Positions 17,904 to 26,040 of a DNA stretch of 26,985 nucleotides are shown here, piece after piece. The position numbers were made by a program, and so were the translations under genes. The notes below the pieces were generated by a model, which saw only the letters and a list, made by a program, of their open reading frames with translations, did not search any database and was not told where the DNA came from. This DNA comes from a virus (taxonomy: Duplodnaviria; Heunggongvirae; Uroviricota; Caudoviricetes): IMG/VR virus record IMGVR_UViG_2579779007_000002, one strand, 5' to 3'. Every line of letters starts with the position of its first letter. The stretch's first letter is position 1.

Positions 17904-17905
17904 AG

Positions 17906-18574
17906 TTATGCTTCCTGAATACGCTTAAACTCAATTACCCATACCCACGGATTAGACAGCCAGTTATCTTGCCCATAAATACCGCGCCAGATATCACCAA
18001 AACTAACGCGATAAACAGCTTCCGGTGGCGTAATTTTGTACGTCGCCGGAAATGCGCCTTCCGCTTTCGCATCTGCCTCGCTAATGTCATGCAGCCGTTC
18101 CACACGCACGTCGGTTATTCCCAACAGAATGCGCGACGCCCAGCGCGGCATGTGGATAGATGGGCACCACCTGCCATCAAACTTTTCATTCACAGTGCGA
18201 GGTTTCCAGTCAGCATCATCAGGTATTGACCACAGACCGTAATCACCAGGCTTTTGTTCACAACTTGCCCGATAAATCCTTGCTGCCTTCTTCTCATCGC
18301 CATGACAAAGGTTGCCGTTCCAGTCCACACTGCAACCATCCTCATTGCCTAATATTGCCCACGCTTCACGGACCCAGATGCGATCACCAACGTTACCGAA
18401 CGGGCATAAACCATGCTTAGGTGCATCCATAACGTGGGTATAAACACCGTTACGATGGATAACCAGACAGTTATCGTGTCCGACATTTTTTACCGGGCGG
18501 CGTGTTTGCGTCTTTCTTCCTTCGAGAATTGCCCTGACCATATCGTCATTAAAAGCAACGCCACGTTCTTTCAT
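17906..18574 (-). CDS. hypothetical early protein, possible ASCH/PUA-like fold
   Basis: 222 aa; N-terminal FNDDMVRAILEGRKTQTRR resembles the basic Gly-x-Lys-T-x-T-x-R motif of ASCH domains; recognition by eye only. Confidence 0.45.
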   Translation of the reverse strand: MKERGVAFNDDMVRAILEGRKTQTRRPVKNVGHDNCLVIHRNGVYTHVMDAPKHGLCPFGNVGDRIWVREAWAILGNEDGCSVDWNGNLCHGDEKKAARIYRASCEQKPGDYGLWSIPDDADWKPRTVNEKFDGRWCPSIHMPRWASRILLGITDVRVERLHDISEADAKAEGAFPATYKITPPEAVYRVSFGDIWRGIYGQDNWLSNPWVWVIEFKRIQEA

Positions 18575-19095
18575 TTAGCGGCCCCCTTTAACGCAATCTT
18601 TGCCTTCATGAATTCATCGGACAGGATTTCCGTCATGCAGCCCGGTGCGGGTGTCATCCCCGTCATGACGTAAATCACATCACCAACACGGAACCACCGG
18701 AGCGGCCCGAATATTGTTGCGCTGAAATCCAGTCCCAGTGCGGGTAAGAGAGCGTCAGTACGGGCATAAGTGACCGGAATATTCTCCTGCCATATTTTCG
18801 CCAGCTCTTTTGACTGCTCCCGCAGATGTGCAGGAATGCGCGATGTTCTTGGCCTGCAACTGTTACCTGATGCGGGCCGTTGTACGGTCCACAGCTCCGG
18901 CGAGAAAGGTCGCTCACTCCCTGGAAAATTCACGCCATGAAAATGACGCCCACCAATACCTGTGCTGAATACTGACCGGCAACCACAACCCAGAACCTTA
19001 TCAAGATGGCGGGCTTCTTCGCGTAGTTTCAGGCAGTCCGCCATAAACTGATCCCATGCCAGCAGTGCTGCGGGATTTGACGTTTTAAAAAACAT
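18571..19095 (-). CDS. hypothetical early protein
   Basis: Start set at internal Met (ATGA overlap with upstream stop at 19095); the track's longer start at 19134 would overlap the upstream gene by 40 nt. Confidence 0.45.
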   Translation of the reverse strand: MFFKTSNPAALLAWDQFMADCLKLREEARHLDKVLGCGCRSVFSTGIGGRHFHGVNFPGSERPFSPELWTVQRPASGNSCRPRTSRIPAHLREQSKELAKIWQENIPVTYARTDALLPALGLDFSATIFGPLRWFRVGDVIYVMTGMTPAPGCMTEILSDEFMKAKIALKGAAK

Positions 19096-19625
19096 CACGC
19101 CACCTCCTGCACTGCTGCGGGAGCCGGAGAACAATCAAGAATGAGATAACGCAGTACATGGTCGGTGATATTCCAGGCGCTTGAACTGCAAATAAAACGC
19201 CCCAGCCGGATATCGATATAAGCCATCACAAAACGGGGCATTCCCTGTTCACACATTCTGTTATCCACCTCAGCAACAATGTGGACTGACTCACAGGTCA
19301 GCACGCCCGTCGCAAACTCTTTTGCCAGCGCGGGGATGGTATTACCTTCCACCCAGGGTAATGAGCGACGCCAGTTGCACCACACCGCATCATCAACAGC
19401 AGGCTGCTCAGTTGCGTTTCGTCTTACAGGCGGCGTCGGACGCGGGCGCGGAACGTCATAAAATCCGTTGCATTCGGTGAGCACTCCGGCATCAACCGCA
19501 TCACGCAGGAAATACACCATTGACGAGGGCAGCATATTCATTTTTTCAGCCAGAACTCCGCAGGTCAGGCGTCCGTAAGCCCGTAATAATGTGCTGACAC
19601 CATTCAGAATTTTTGCATCAACCAT
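19095..19625 (-). CDS. hypothetical early protein, possible winged-helix N-terminus
   Basis: 176 aa ORF directly downstream of gam after a 98-bp AT-rich gap. Confidence 0.45.
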   Translation of the reverse strand: MVDAKILNGVSTLLRAYGRLTCGVLAEKMNMLPSSMVYFLRDAVDAGVLTECNGFYDVPRPRPTPPVRRNATEQPAVDDAVWCNWRRSLPWVEGNTIPALAKEFATGVLTCESVHIVAEVDNRMCEQGMPRFVMAYIDIRLGRFICSSSAWNITDHVLRYLILDCSPAPAAVQEVA

Positions 19626-19723
19626 GTTTTATTCCTCAGTAATCTGTTTCAGGCGCGAGCAATCCCCTGACGTATCGCGCCATAATTAAAAGAATGTGAA
19701 TTAATTAAATATTAATGGTGGTA

Positions 19724-20248
19724 TTAAATACCGGCTTCCTGTTCAAATGGAATAATGGAAAAATCTTCAATTCCCGATTTAACCGTAATTCCGGCAACAC
19801 CTGCGACGGCTTTTGGTTCCAGTAAAATCGCCTCCTTGTTGATTTCCTGCTTCGTGCGAATAAAGCGTTGCAGGCCAAGGCGCTCCAGCGTTTCCATCAC
19901 TGCATCCATACCACGAATACTTACTGATGGTGGACGGACCCGCCACGATACATCACCGGTGACAAGATTCGCCGTCTTCACTTTGCCGCCGTTCGTCAGT
20001 TCGTCGCGGTTCGCTTCACACCATCCCTGAACGCCTTTTGAAAGGGTTTCAATATCGGTTTTAATCGGTGCAATCCGGGCTGCAAATTTCTCCGTAATTT
20101 CCGCGATGGCATCATTCATTTCCGTTTCCAGACGTGATGCTTCGCGCTGTAAATCCCCGATGCGTTTAATATCGGTAATCACCGCATCGCGGTTTTGTGG
20201 CACATAAGCCGCTGCGGCACTTTTGATACGTTTTGCTGGTTTAGCCAT
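19724..20248 (-). CDS. gam: host-nuclease inhibitor Gam (Ku-like DNA end-binding protein)
   Basis: 174 aa; sequence MAKPAKRIKSAAAAYVPQNRDAVITDIKRIGDLQRE... matches my recollection of phage Mu Gam essentially residue for residue. Confidence 0.9.
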   Translation of the reverse strand: MAKPAKRIKSAAAAYVPQNRDAVITDIKRIGDLQREASRLETEMNDAIAEITEKFAARIAPIKTDIETLSKGVQGWCEANRDELTNGGKVKTANLVTGDVSWRVRPPSVSIRGMDAVMETLERLGLQRFIRTKQEINKEAILLEPKAVAGVAGITVKSGIEDFSIIPFEQEAGI

Positions 20249-20267
20249 AAATTAAAGCTCCTGTTAA

Positions 20268-20567
20268 TTAATATCCGCCGTATACAATGCTGGATACAGT
20301 TCGATTGCTTAATTCCATCTTTCGGGCAATGACATGAATATCCAGCCCTTCTTTATAAAGTTCACGACATAAATATTTGTCGTGTTCACTGATTCGGTAT
20401 ACACACAATGATATTCCGTGCCTTCTGGCATGTGCCCGGAGGGCGGTTGTGGCGACTTTCAGTTTTTCCGCCATTTCTTCAACGGTCATTTTCCCGACGT
20501 TGGCTTCGATAAATTCCCGGTCTTCGCGTGACCAGCGCTTACGATTACACTTCATGTCAGCCACCAT
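20268..20567 (-). CDS. hypothetical early protein, possible helix-turn-helix
   Basis: 99 aa; ATG abuts the stop of the upstream ORF; alternative start at Met 5 (20555). Confidence 0.45.
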   Translation of the reverse strand: MVADMKCNRKRWSREDREFIEANVGKMTVEEMAEKLKVATTALRAHARRHGISLCVYRISEHDKYLCRELYKEGLDIHVIARKMELSNRTVSSIVYGGY

Positions 20568-20987
20568 TCAGTACAGCAGAGGCTCGCGCAGTGATGCCGG
20601 AATATGCCGCAGCGATAACTGAACCGCTTTCAGGGCAAGCGAGGAATAACAGCAGCGCGCCCAGCCTTTAGCCATTAACCGATAATCGCGCCAGATACGC
20701 TGCCACATTTCACGGGCTTTAGGGTCTGATGCGCAGATGTATTCCCGGTCCATGACGTACTCCCATAAATCCACGTTGAACGCACCGCCAAATGCAATGG
20801 CGCGGGATATGCTTTCGCCGCAATAACGCGCACAGATGCTGTAATGGTCGAAAGCAATCAGGTAAGTCTTTTCACCACAATCATCAACTTCACGCGCACA
20901 AATAAACTCGCGTAATTCACCACCGTTGTTATTGCGTTCCTGAATTCGGATTAATGCCTGAATTTCATTTCGGATTTTGACGTTCAT
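20568..20987 (-). CDS. hypothetical early protein
   Basis: 139 aa Cys/Trp/Arg-rich ORF; unrecognised. Confidence 0.45.
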   Translation of the reverse strand: MNVKIRNEIQALIRIQERNNNGGELREFICAREVDDCGEKTYLIAFDHYSICARYCGESISRAIAFGGAFNVDLWEYVMDREYICASDPKAREMWQRIWRDYRLMAKGWARCCYSSLALKAVQLSLRHIPASLREPLLY

Positions 20988-21007
20988 TGTCAGCGTTCCT
21001 TTGCGAA

Positions 21008-21277
21008 TTAATGTTTAACCGCATTCACCGGATGTGGTACTAAATCACATTCAGCTTCCATACCCACTTTCTTCATAGTGGTCAGCATCTCATCTTTGGC
21101 CTTTTTAATAATTTCAGGAGCCATAGTCAGGACGATATTTGCCAGTAAATCATGAGGCCCGGTATTTTCCGTTGGCGAGATATCTGCAAGACATGCTTTT
21201 GCATCCAGAACTTCTCTGCGCCCATTGCAACCGTCACTACTTTCCAGCCATGTAAACTCAAAGATAACCTTTGCCAT
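21008..21277 (-). CDS. hypothetical early protein
   Basis: 89 aa ORF; unrecognised. Confidence 0.4.
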   Translation of the reverse strand: MAKVIFEFTWLESSDGCNGRREVLDAKACLADISPTENTGPHDLLANIVLTMAPEIIKKAKDEMLTTMKKVGMEAECDLVPHPVNAVKH

Positions 21278-21288
21278 TTTGTTTCTCC

Positions 21289-21543
21289 TTATTGATTCTG
21301 AATAACTGCGCTGGCTTTTACCTTCGCGCCTTTTACCTGCTTAAAGAAAACTGCGCTGCACCACGGACAACATGTCAGGGAATCCCGAATTTCCTTTTCG
21401 GGTGAGCATTGCGTCATAATCTGTTCACCACATCCGGGGCATTTATATGTCGTCAGCGGCACCCCGTGGCACTGACAGTGTTTAACCCATTCAATATATT
21501 TTTCAGCTTTAATACACATCGTTATCTCCAGATAATCTGGCAA
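21289..21543 (-). CDS. Cys-rich small protein, putative zinc ribbon
   Basis: 84 aa with 10 Cys, including CQCH, CPGCGE and CCPWC clusters. Confidence 0.45.
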   Translation of the reverse strand: MPDYLEITMCIKAEKYIEWVKHCQCHGVPLTTYKCPGCGEQIMTQCSPEKEIRDSLTCCPWCSAVFFKQVKGAKVKASAVIQNQ

Positions 21544-21749
21544 CCATTAAGACGGGCCGTCCATACAGAACGGGCCACCCCGGACTTATGCTCCATAATT
21601 CTGACCGCGCTTTTTACCAGTTCCACCGGTGGGTAAGTGATTTCAAGAATCGGACGCGCCACACCGAGATATGATTCATTTACATGACTCCCGCGCGCCT
21701 GTAACCAGTTCTGCGCATCCGTTGCCATTTTTATATTTCGGGCCATCAT
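21522..21749 (-). CDS. small early protein at the kil position
   Basis: 75 aa ORF immediately downstream of B, the slot occupied by kil in Mu; identity not verified. Confidence 0.45.
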   Translation of the reverse strand: MMARNIKMATDAQNWLQARGSHVNESYLGVARPILEITYPPVELVKSAVRIMEHKSGVARSVWTARLNGCQIIWR

Positions 21750-21764
21750 AATTTCTTCTCCTTC

Positions 21765-22703
21765 TTAATTACGCAGCAGCGTTGAAATATCAACGTCCAG
21801 GTCTAATTCACGGAAAGCCTGACGCAGATAATCTTCGTTAACACGCTCACCTTTACCGTGAGCCGTCATGGCTGCAAGGCGAAGTGAATGATTCAGAATG
21901 CGAAGCGCACCTGGTTTCTGCGCAATCTGCTGTAATAACTCCAGTTCTTTTTCGCCGTTAATCTGCCAGGCATCCGCAATAGCTTTTACATCGGCTTTTT
22001 TGGTTTTATTAATTGCAGTGCGCTTTGCAATACGGGAAAACAGACGGGCAAATTCAACCGTTCTGTTACCCCCCGTCATATTTGAATAAACCCGGTGATT
22101 TCCCATCAGCACAAGGCCAATACGGGTTGATTCCTGTAACAGGCGGAGTTCTTCCAGAACTTCGGCACCAAGATGATCAGCTTCGTCGATGATAACCAGC
22201 CCCTGTGTACCTTCAAGGCGACGTCGCAGGGCGCGGGAGAGCGGCCCTTTACGGCGTGGTGCGTCATTCATTCCCAGCTCAAACGCCAGTTCAGTAAGAC
22301 ATTCCAGAACGCTGGCACAGGATGGCGTAATGGTGATCATCCAGACATTGTTATTGGTGCGGCGATATTCACGGGCCGCTTCGGTTTTGCCCACACCAGG
22401 ATTGCCACATACAACAGCAATACTTTCAGTCAGGCTGGCAAAACGCATACTTGTCCAGATTTGTTTTACCGTCTGCGTTTCCACAAAGCGGGGCGGTTCA
22501 GGTAGTTCTGCAACTACATGATATTTTTCCAGCCAGCGTTGCAGCATTTGTGAAACACGCTCGTTATCCCCGTTGTACTTATCATTGATAAAACTACTGA
22601 TAGTTCCGGTAGAAAGTCCGCTCTCAAGAGCAATTTGTTTAAAGGTGGTTTCTTCATTTTCTACAAGCGTGCGCAGTCCTGCGCGAATATCGGAAATATT
22701 CAT
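21765..22703 (-). CDS. B: transposition ATPase / target DNA activator B
   Basis: 312 aa, same length as Mu B; P-loop GNPGVGKT and DEAD-like IIDEAD motifs; N-terminal helix-turn-helix. Confidence 0.9.
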   Translation of the reverse strand: MNISDIRAGLRTLVENEETTFKQIALESGLSTGTISSFINDKYNGDNERVSQMLQRWLEKYHVVAELPEPPRFVETQTVKQIWTSMRFASLTESIAVVCGNPGVGKTEAAREYRRTNNNVWMITITPSCASVLECLTELAFELGMNDAPRRKGPLSRALRRRLEGTQGLVIIDEADHLGAEVLEELRLLQESTRIGLVLMGNHRVYSNMTGGNRTVEFARLFSRIAKRTAINKTKKADVKAIADAWQINGEKELELLQQIAQKPGALRILNHSLRLAAMTAHGKGERVNEDYLRQAFRELDLDVDISTLLRN

Positions 22704-22741
22704 CTGAATAACCTCGTAATTAAATTTTGTTTAAACGTTAA

Positions 22742-24835
22742 TTAAATGGCTTTTTTACGTCTGTTCTGTTCCAGAATATCCAGCGAATGATTCAGATATT
22801 CATCACGCTCAGTTTCGTATTCATCATCATGCACTTCCTCACACCTCAACGGCTGAACGGTCACCACATTACCAACAGGGCGATAAACATTATCCAGCCA
22901 GGGTTCTGTCGTTTTTTGTTCAATAACCTGAATACCTTCATCCTCAGCATCACGTATTTTTTCCTCAGCACGCTTGCGCATTCCTTTAATACGCTGCTGT
23001 TGTTTGTGATATTCAGCCGTAACAGGAAAGGCTGCGCGTTTATTGCCGTTCCATATCGCCTCACAGATAAAGCTACCGTCCTTACGGCGTACCGTAATTC
23101 GCTCGGCATCGTGAATGTCATAGCTGATAAGTACCTTGCGACCATGTTCATCACGTAGCTCTGGCGCGTAGTAAATATTGTTCAGCCACTGGATTTCGCA
23201 GCGTCTTACCGGACGCTCCACCATCGGGCGGAACATGTCACGCAGCTCAATATCACTCAGCCACTCAATTTCAGTGTCTTCTTCCGCTAAGCGTTTTTTT
23301 CTGAACTCTACCGGGCTGTAATGTTTTCCGTTTGGTTTCATCGGCAATTCAGAATGTGGGCGGTTGTTGTACCACTCCACCCCCTCACGGATAGCCTCAA
23401 TCAGTTCTGACCAGGACGGCAGCTCGCGCATTGCGGCTTTCTGACGGGCGCTCAGTGGCTTGTCCTGTTGCAGGGCATTAAACGCTGAACGCAGATCACG
23501 ATTAAGTATTCGCAACGATTCCCGGTCAGCCCCCTTGCCGAAATAGGTGCGATACCTCCTTGCTATACGCATCGGTAACGTCCGGTTCAGGCGCTCAATA
23601 ATGCCGCGTCCCTGCGGATTTCCCGCAATACCGGTGGGGTGGTTAATCCCCAGGCGGGGCAGAATCCCGACGATCTCTTTATCCAGCATATCTGCCGTTT
23701 CACCGGAACCATTATCCGAGTAATACAGGAATGGTTTTCCGTGATTGCGAATGCCGTGTTGTATCGCCCCGGCAACAGCGAACACGTTCTCCGCAAGATC
23801 AAGACTCCAGCCAACCACAAACCGGGTTCCACCGTCGATCACAAACGTAACTTCCGGTGAAAATGGACGCCCGTGAACCGGATGCGCACATTTCAGCTTC
23901 ATACCGTGACCGTCACCAATCCAGACATAATTCACCGGCATAGCTGTCCAGTCGCGGCGGGTGAATCCTTCAAGCTGACGGTATTCACTGCCGGTAACGC
24001 GCCCTTTTTGTTTCACCACTTCCGGCAGTTTTTTCATGGCATACCGGACAACATCATAGGAAGGCATCACCTCCAGCATGTATGGTTCGTCCGCATGGCG
24101 ACGCTGCCAATCAGCGACAAAATCCTCGTAGGCTTCTGACATAGGCCTGCCGTTAGCCTGACGATACTGCGCCAGAAATTCAGGCAGCCAGCTAATTTCT
24201 TCCGGTTTTATTTCGTCGCGCTTTCCTGGTGCCAGTAACAGCAATCGTTCTGCGGCATTCTGTGCTTTGTTAAACGCAGCTATCCAACGTTTGAGCGTAA
24301 TTGCGCTCAGAGTTCGCTCTTTCCCTTTACGGGCATTAGCAGTAATGACCAAAGATTCCAGGCGTTCTTCCAGGTTACCCTGAGCTAACCGCGACACAAT
24401 AAAACGTATAGCGCTGGCACAACTGAATCCCGGCTCCTGGCTAATTCGTAGAACTTCACAGACAAGAGCAATACGCGCTTCTGCAACTTTACGTTGATTT
24501 TCCGTAAGCGCATTCAGACGCTCTTCTACCAATTGTGGCGAACCGCGATATGCCTCAACAGGCTGTACAACATTTTGTTTGCGTTCACGCTTTACAGGAG
24601 GCTGGGTAGTTATCTCCTGCGGGGCGGTTGCCATCAGTTGAGCTACATGGCGCTCACGTAACGCCCGTTGTGTAACCGGAGGGAGGCAGTCGATGCTGTA
24701 TTCAATGGTTTTTGAACCCGCACGTTTGCGCCTGAAATGCTCAGATGAGGCCAGTTTCCTTATGGAATACCGCACCCCTTGCGCAGTTCCCGGCATACCT
24801 GGTAGCCCTACAAGCTCATTAACTGACACAAACAT
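22742..24835 (-). CDS. A: DDE transposase A (MuA-type)
   Basis: 697 aa; C-terminal end ...ERDEYLNHSLDILEQNRRKKAI matches my recollection of Mu A; N-terminal domain is Mu-type winged helix but divergent in sequence. Confidence 0.9.
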   Translation of the reverse strand: MFVSVNELVGLPGMPGTAQGVRYSIRKLASSEHFRRKRAGSKTIEYSIDCLPPVTQRALRERHVAQLMATAPQEITTQPPVKRERKQNVVQPVEAYRGSPQLVEERLNALTENQRKVAEARIALVCEVLRISQEPGFSCASAIRFIVSRLAQGNLEERLESLVITANARKGKERTLSAITLKRWIAAFNKAQNAAERLLLLAPGKRDEIKPEEISWLPEFLAQYRQANGRPMSEAYEDFVADWQRRHADEPYMLEVMPSYDVVRYAMKKLPEVVKQKGRVTGSEYRQLEGFTRRDWTAMPVNYVWIGDGHGMKLKCAHPVHGRPFSPEVTFVIDGGTRFVVGWSLDLAENVFAVAGAIQHGIRNHGKPFLYYSDNGSGETADMLDKEIVGILPRLGINHPTGIAGNPQGRGIIERLNRTLPMRIARRYRTYFGKGADRESLRILNRDLRSAFNALQQDKPLSARQKAAMRELPSWSELIEAIREGVEWYNNRPHSELPMKPNGKHYSPVEFRKKRLAEEDTEIEWLSDIELRDMFRPMVERPVRRCEIQWLNNIYYAPELRDEHGRKVLISYDIHDAERITVRRKDGSFICEAIWNGNKRAAFPVTAEYHKQQQRIKGMRKRAEEKIRDAEDEGIQVIEQKTTEPWLDNVYRPVGNVVTVQPLRCEEVHDDEYETERDEYLNHSLDILEQNRRKKAI

Positions 24836-24837
24836 TT

Positions 24838-25074
24838 TTATGCCACCTTACGAGCGTAACGGCTGGGCCAGATCTCCTCCGGCGCAACACCAATAGCATC
24901 AGCAATAATGCGCTCATATTTTGGGCATTTGCGGTACAGGGCATTCTTTAAAGAATCCTGGTTTAAACCGGCTTCAATGGACAGAGAGCGTAAAGTAAAA
25001 CCTTTTACATGCACCGCCGCGACAACATGCGCGGGGTGCCAGTCCTGTTTAACAACTTCATTTATAGACATCAT
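24838..25074 (-). CDS. ner: Ner-like early transcriptional regulator
   Basis: Start set at the MM pair (25074) preceded by AAGGA, giving ~78 aa; contains DWH...IIA-A....PE.IWPSRY pattern shared with Mu Ner. Track ORF extends to 25146 (102 aa). Confidence 0.7.
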   Translation of the reverse strand: MMSINEVVKQDWHPAHVVAAVHVKGFTLRSLSIEAGLNQDSLKNALYRKCPKYERIIADAIGVAPEEIWPSRYARKVA

Positions 25075-25254
25075 TCGTTTATCCTTAAAAGTTATCTGTG
25101 CGGATAACACCGCCGGATAATCTCTGCGGATAAAGTATTGATCCACATGTGGTGCATGTAAAGCAAAAATTTGATTTTCTTTTGCCTGATATGGATCGAT
25201 TGTGTTTTCTATTGAAATTATCCTTTTGCATCAATTAGATAAGAGGAAAGAAAA
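25075..25254. promoter_or_regulatory. divergent early/repressor promoter and operator region
   Basis: Three direct (G/C)CGGATAA repeats at 25100, 25113 and 25126 (13-bp phasing); inverted repeat GTTATC-n6-GATAAC at 25091-25108; IHF-like AATCAAATTTTTG (minus strand) at 25164-25176; TTGAAA-17 bp-TTAGAT upstream of the repressor start. Confidence 0.6.
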
Positions 25255-25800
25255 ATGGATAAGCTGAAAGGAAAGTCACTTTCTTTGCCAGAAGTGACAA
25301 AAGAAAGTATCCCGGAGCGTTTGAGAGAATTAATTGGAAAAAGAAGTGTAAGGGCTGCTGCGAAAGATTGGGGGTTGTCGTTTTCCACTTTAAACAATTA
25401 CCTGACGCGAGGTACTGAACCTTCACTCAGTGTGGCTCGGCAGATAGCTGCAATTGAAGGGGTTACTATCGAATGGATATGTGGATCACATGATGATTCA
25501 CATGAGAATCACCCAATTTCAACTAACACGCATAATGAGAATACAAAACTCATTATGAACATCATTAACGCCTTGGATGCAAAGGATATTGAGCGACTAT
25601 CTAAGACTCTTGCCCTCAATGGTGCTAAGTATCTGACTCAAATGTTGGAACCCGAAAATCAAGGCTTACTGCGTCTTGAAGGACGAAAACGTGTCGCCGC
25701 GCTGCTATTAGATGATTTACCTGATGAGCGTATCAGAGAGATTTTGGAAGAAATTGAGAGCAGCAAACTCTCAAGTAGTGTAAAATCGAGAGCGGGCTAG
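25255..25800 (+). CDS. prophage repressor, XRE-type helix-turn-helix
   Basis: 181 aa, divergent from ner/A/B as for Mu c; motif KDWGLSFSTLNNYLTRGTEPSLSVARQIAAIEGVTIEWI resembles Cro/cI-type helix-turn-helix rather than a Mu-type winged helix. Confidence 0.65.
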   Translation: MDKLKGKSLSLPEVTKESIPERLRELIGKRSVRAAAKDWGLSFSTLNNYLTRGTEPSLSVARQIAAIEGVTIEWICGSHDDSHENHPISTNTHNENTKLIMNIINALDAKDIERLSKTLALNGAKYLTQMLEPENQGLLRLEGRKRVAALLLDDLPDERIREILEEIESSKLSSSVKSRAG

Positions 25801-25854
25801 TTCAATTAGCCCGCAGTGAACAGATTTTGAAGGCATTTAAAATGCTAAAATTGC

Positions 25855-26040
25855 AGTAACGCGTAGTATCAAATATTTTTTCGTTTTTAGCTTTCTTTGC
25901 GATGGTAGTATCAAATCGCATGTTGTGCGCATAACACTGTTTTATGTCATAACTGTTTGTTTTATCCCATCAAATCCCGTTTAATCCACTTTCCTCCCGG
26001 ATTTTTCACCAGTATCAAATAATTTACCTCTCTATATTCA
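25855..26040. repeat. prophage left-end terminal repeats (putative transposase binding sites L3, L2, L1)
   Basis: AGTATCAAAT at 25865-25874, 25907-25916 and 26011-26020, all in one orientation; reverse complement of 25990-26010 (...AAAAATCCGGGAGGA...) resembles the Mu left end. Confidence 0.55.

Larger units (their letters stand above)
1..26040 (-). mobile_element. Mu-family transposable prophage, left ~26 kb (left end at about 26035-26040; element continues past window start)
   Basis: Minus-strand gene order from right to left follows the phage Mu map: repressor / ner / A / B / early accessory genes / gam / gemA / mor / C / lys / terminase / portal / F / G / I / T / sheath / tube / tape measure. 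Three AGTATCAAAT repeats sit at the end with Mu-like L1-L3 spacing. Confidence 0.85.

Noticed and set aside
19626-19723. AT-rich gap after gam with palindrome GGTATTaAATACC overlapping the gam stop
   Set aside because: Could be a regulatory or terminator element, but the stem is AT-rich and short and there is no U-run; insufficient to call.
22742-24835. Stand-alone insertion sequence carrying a DDE transposase
   Set aside because: The transposase is flanked by ner and B in Mu order inside a full phage genome, so it is the phage transposase, not an independent IS.
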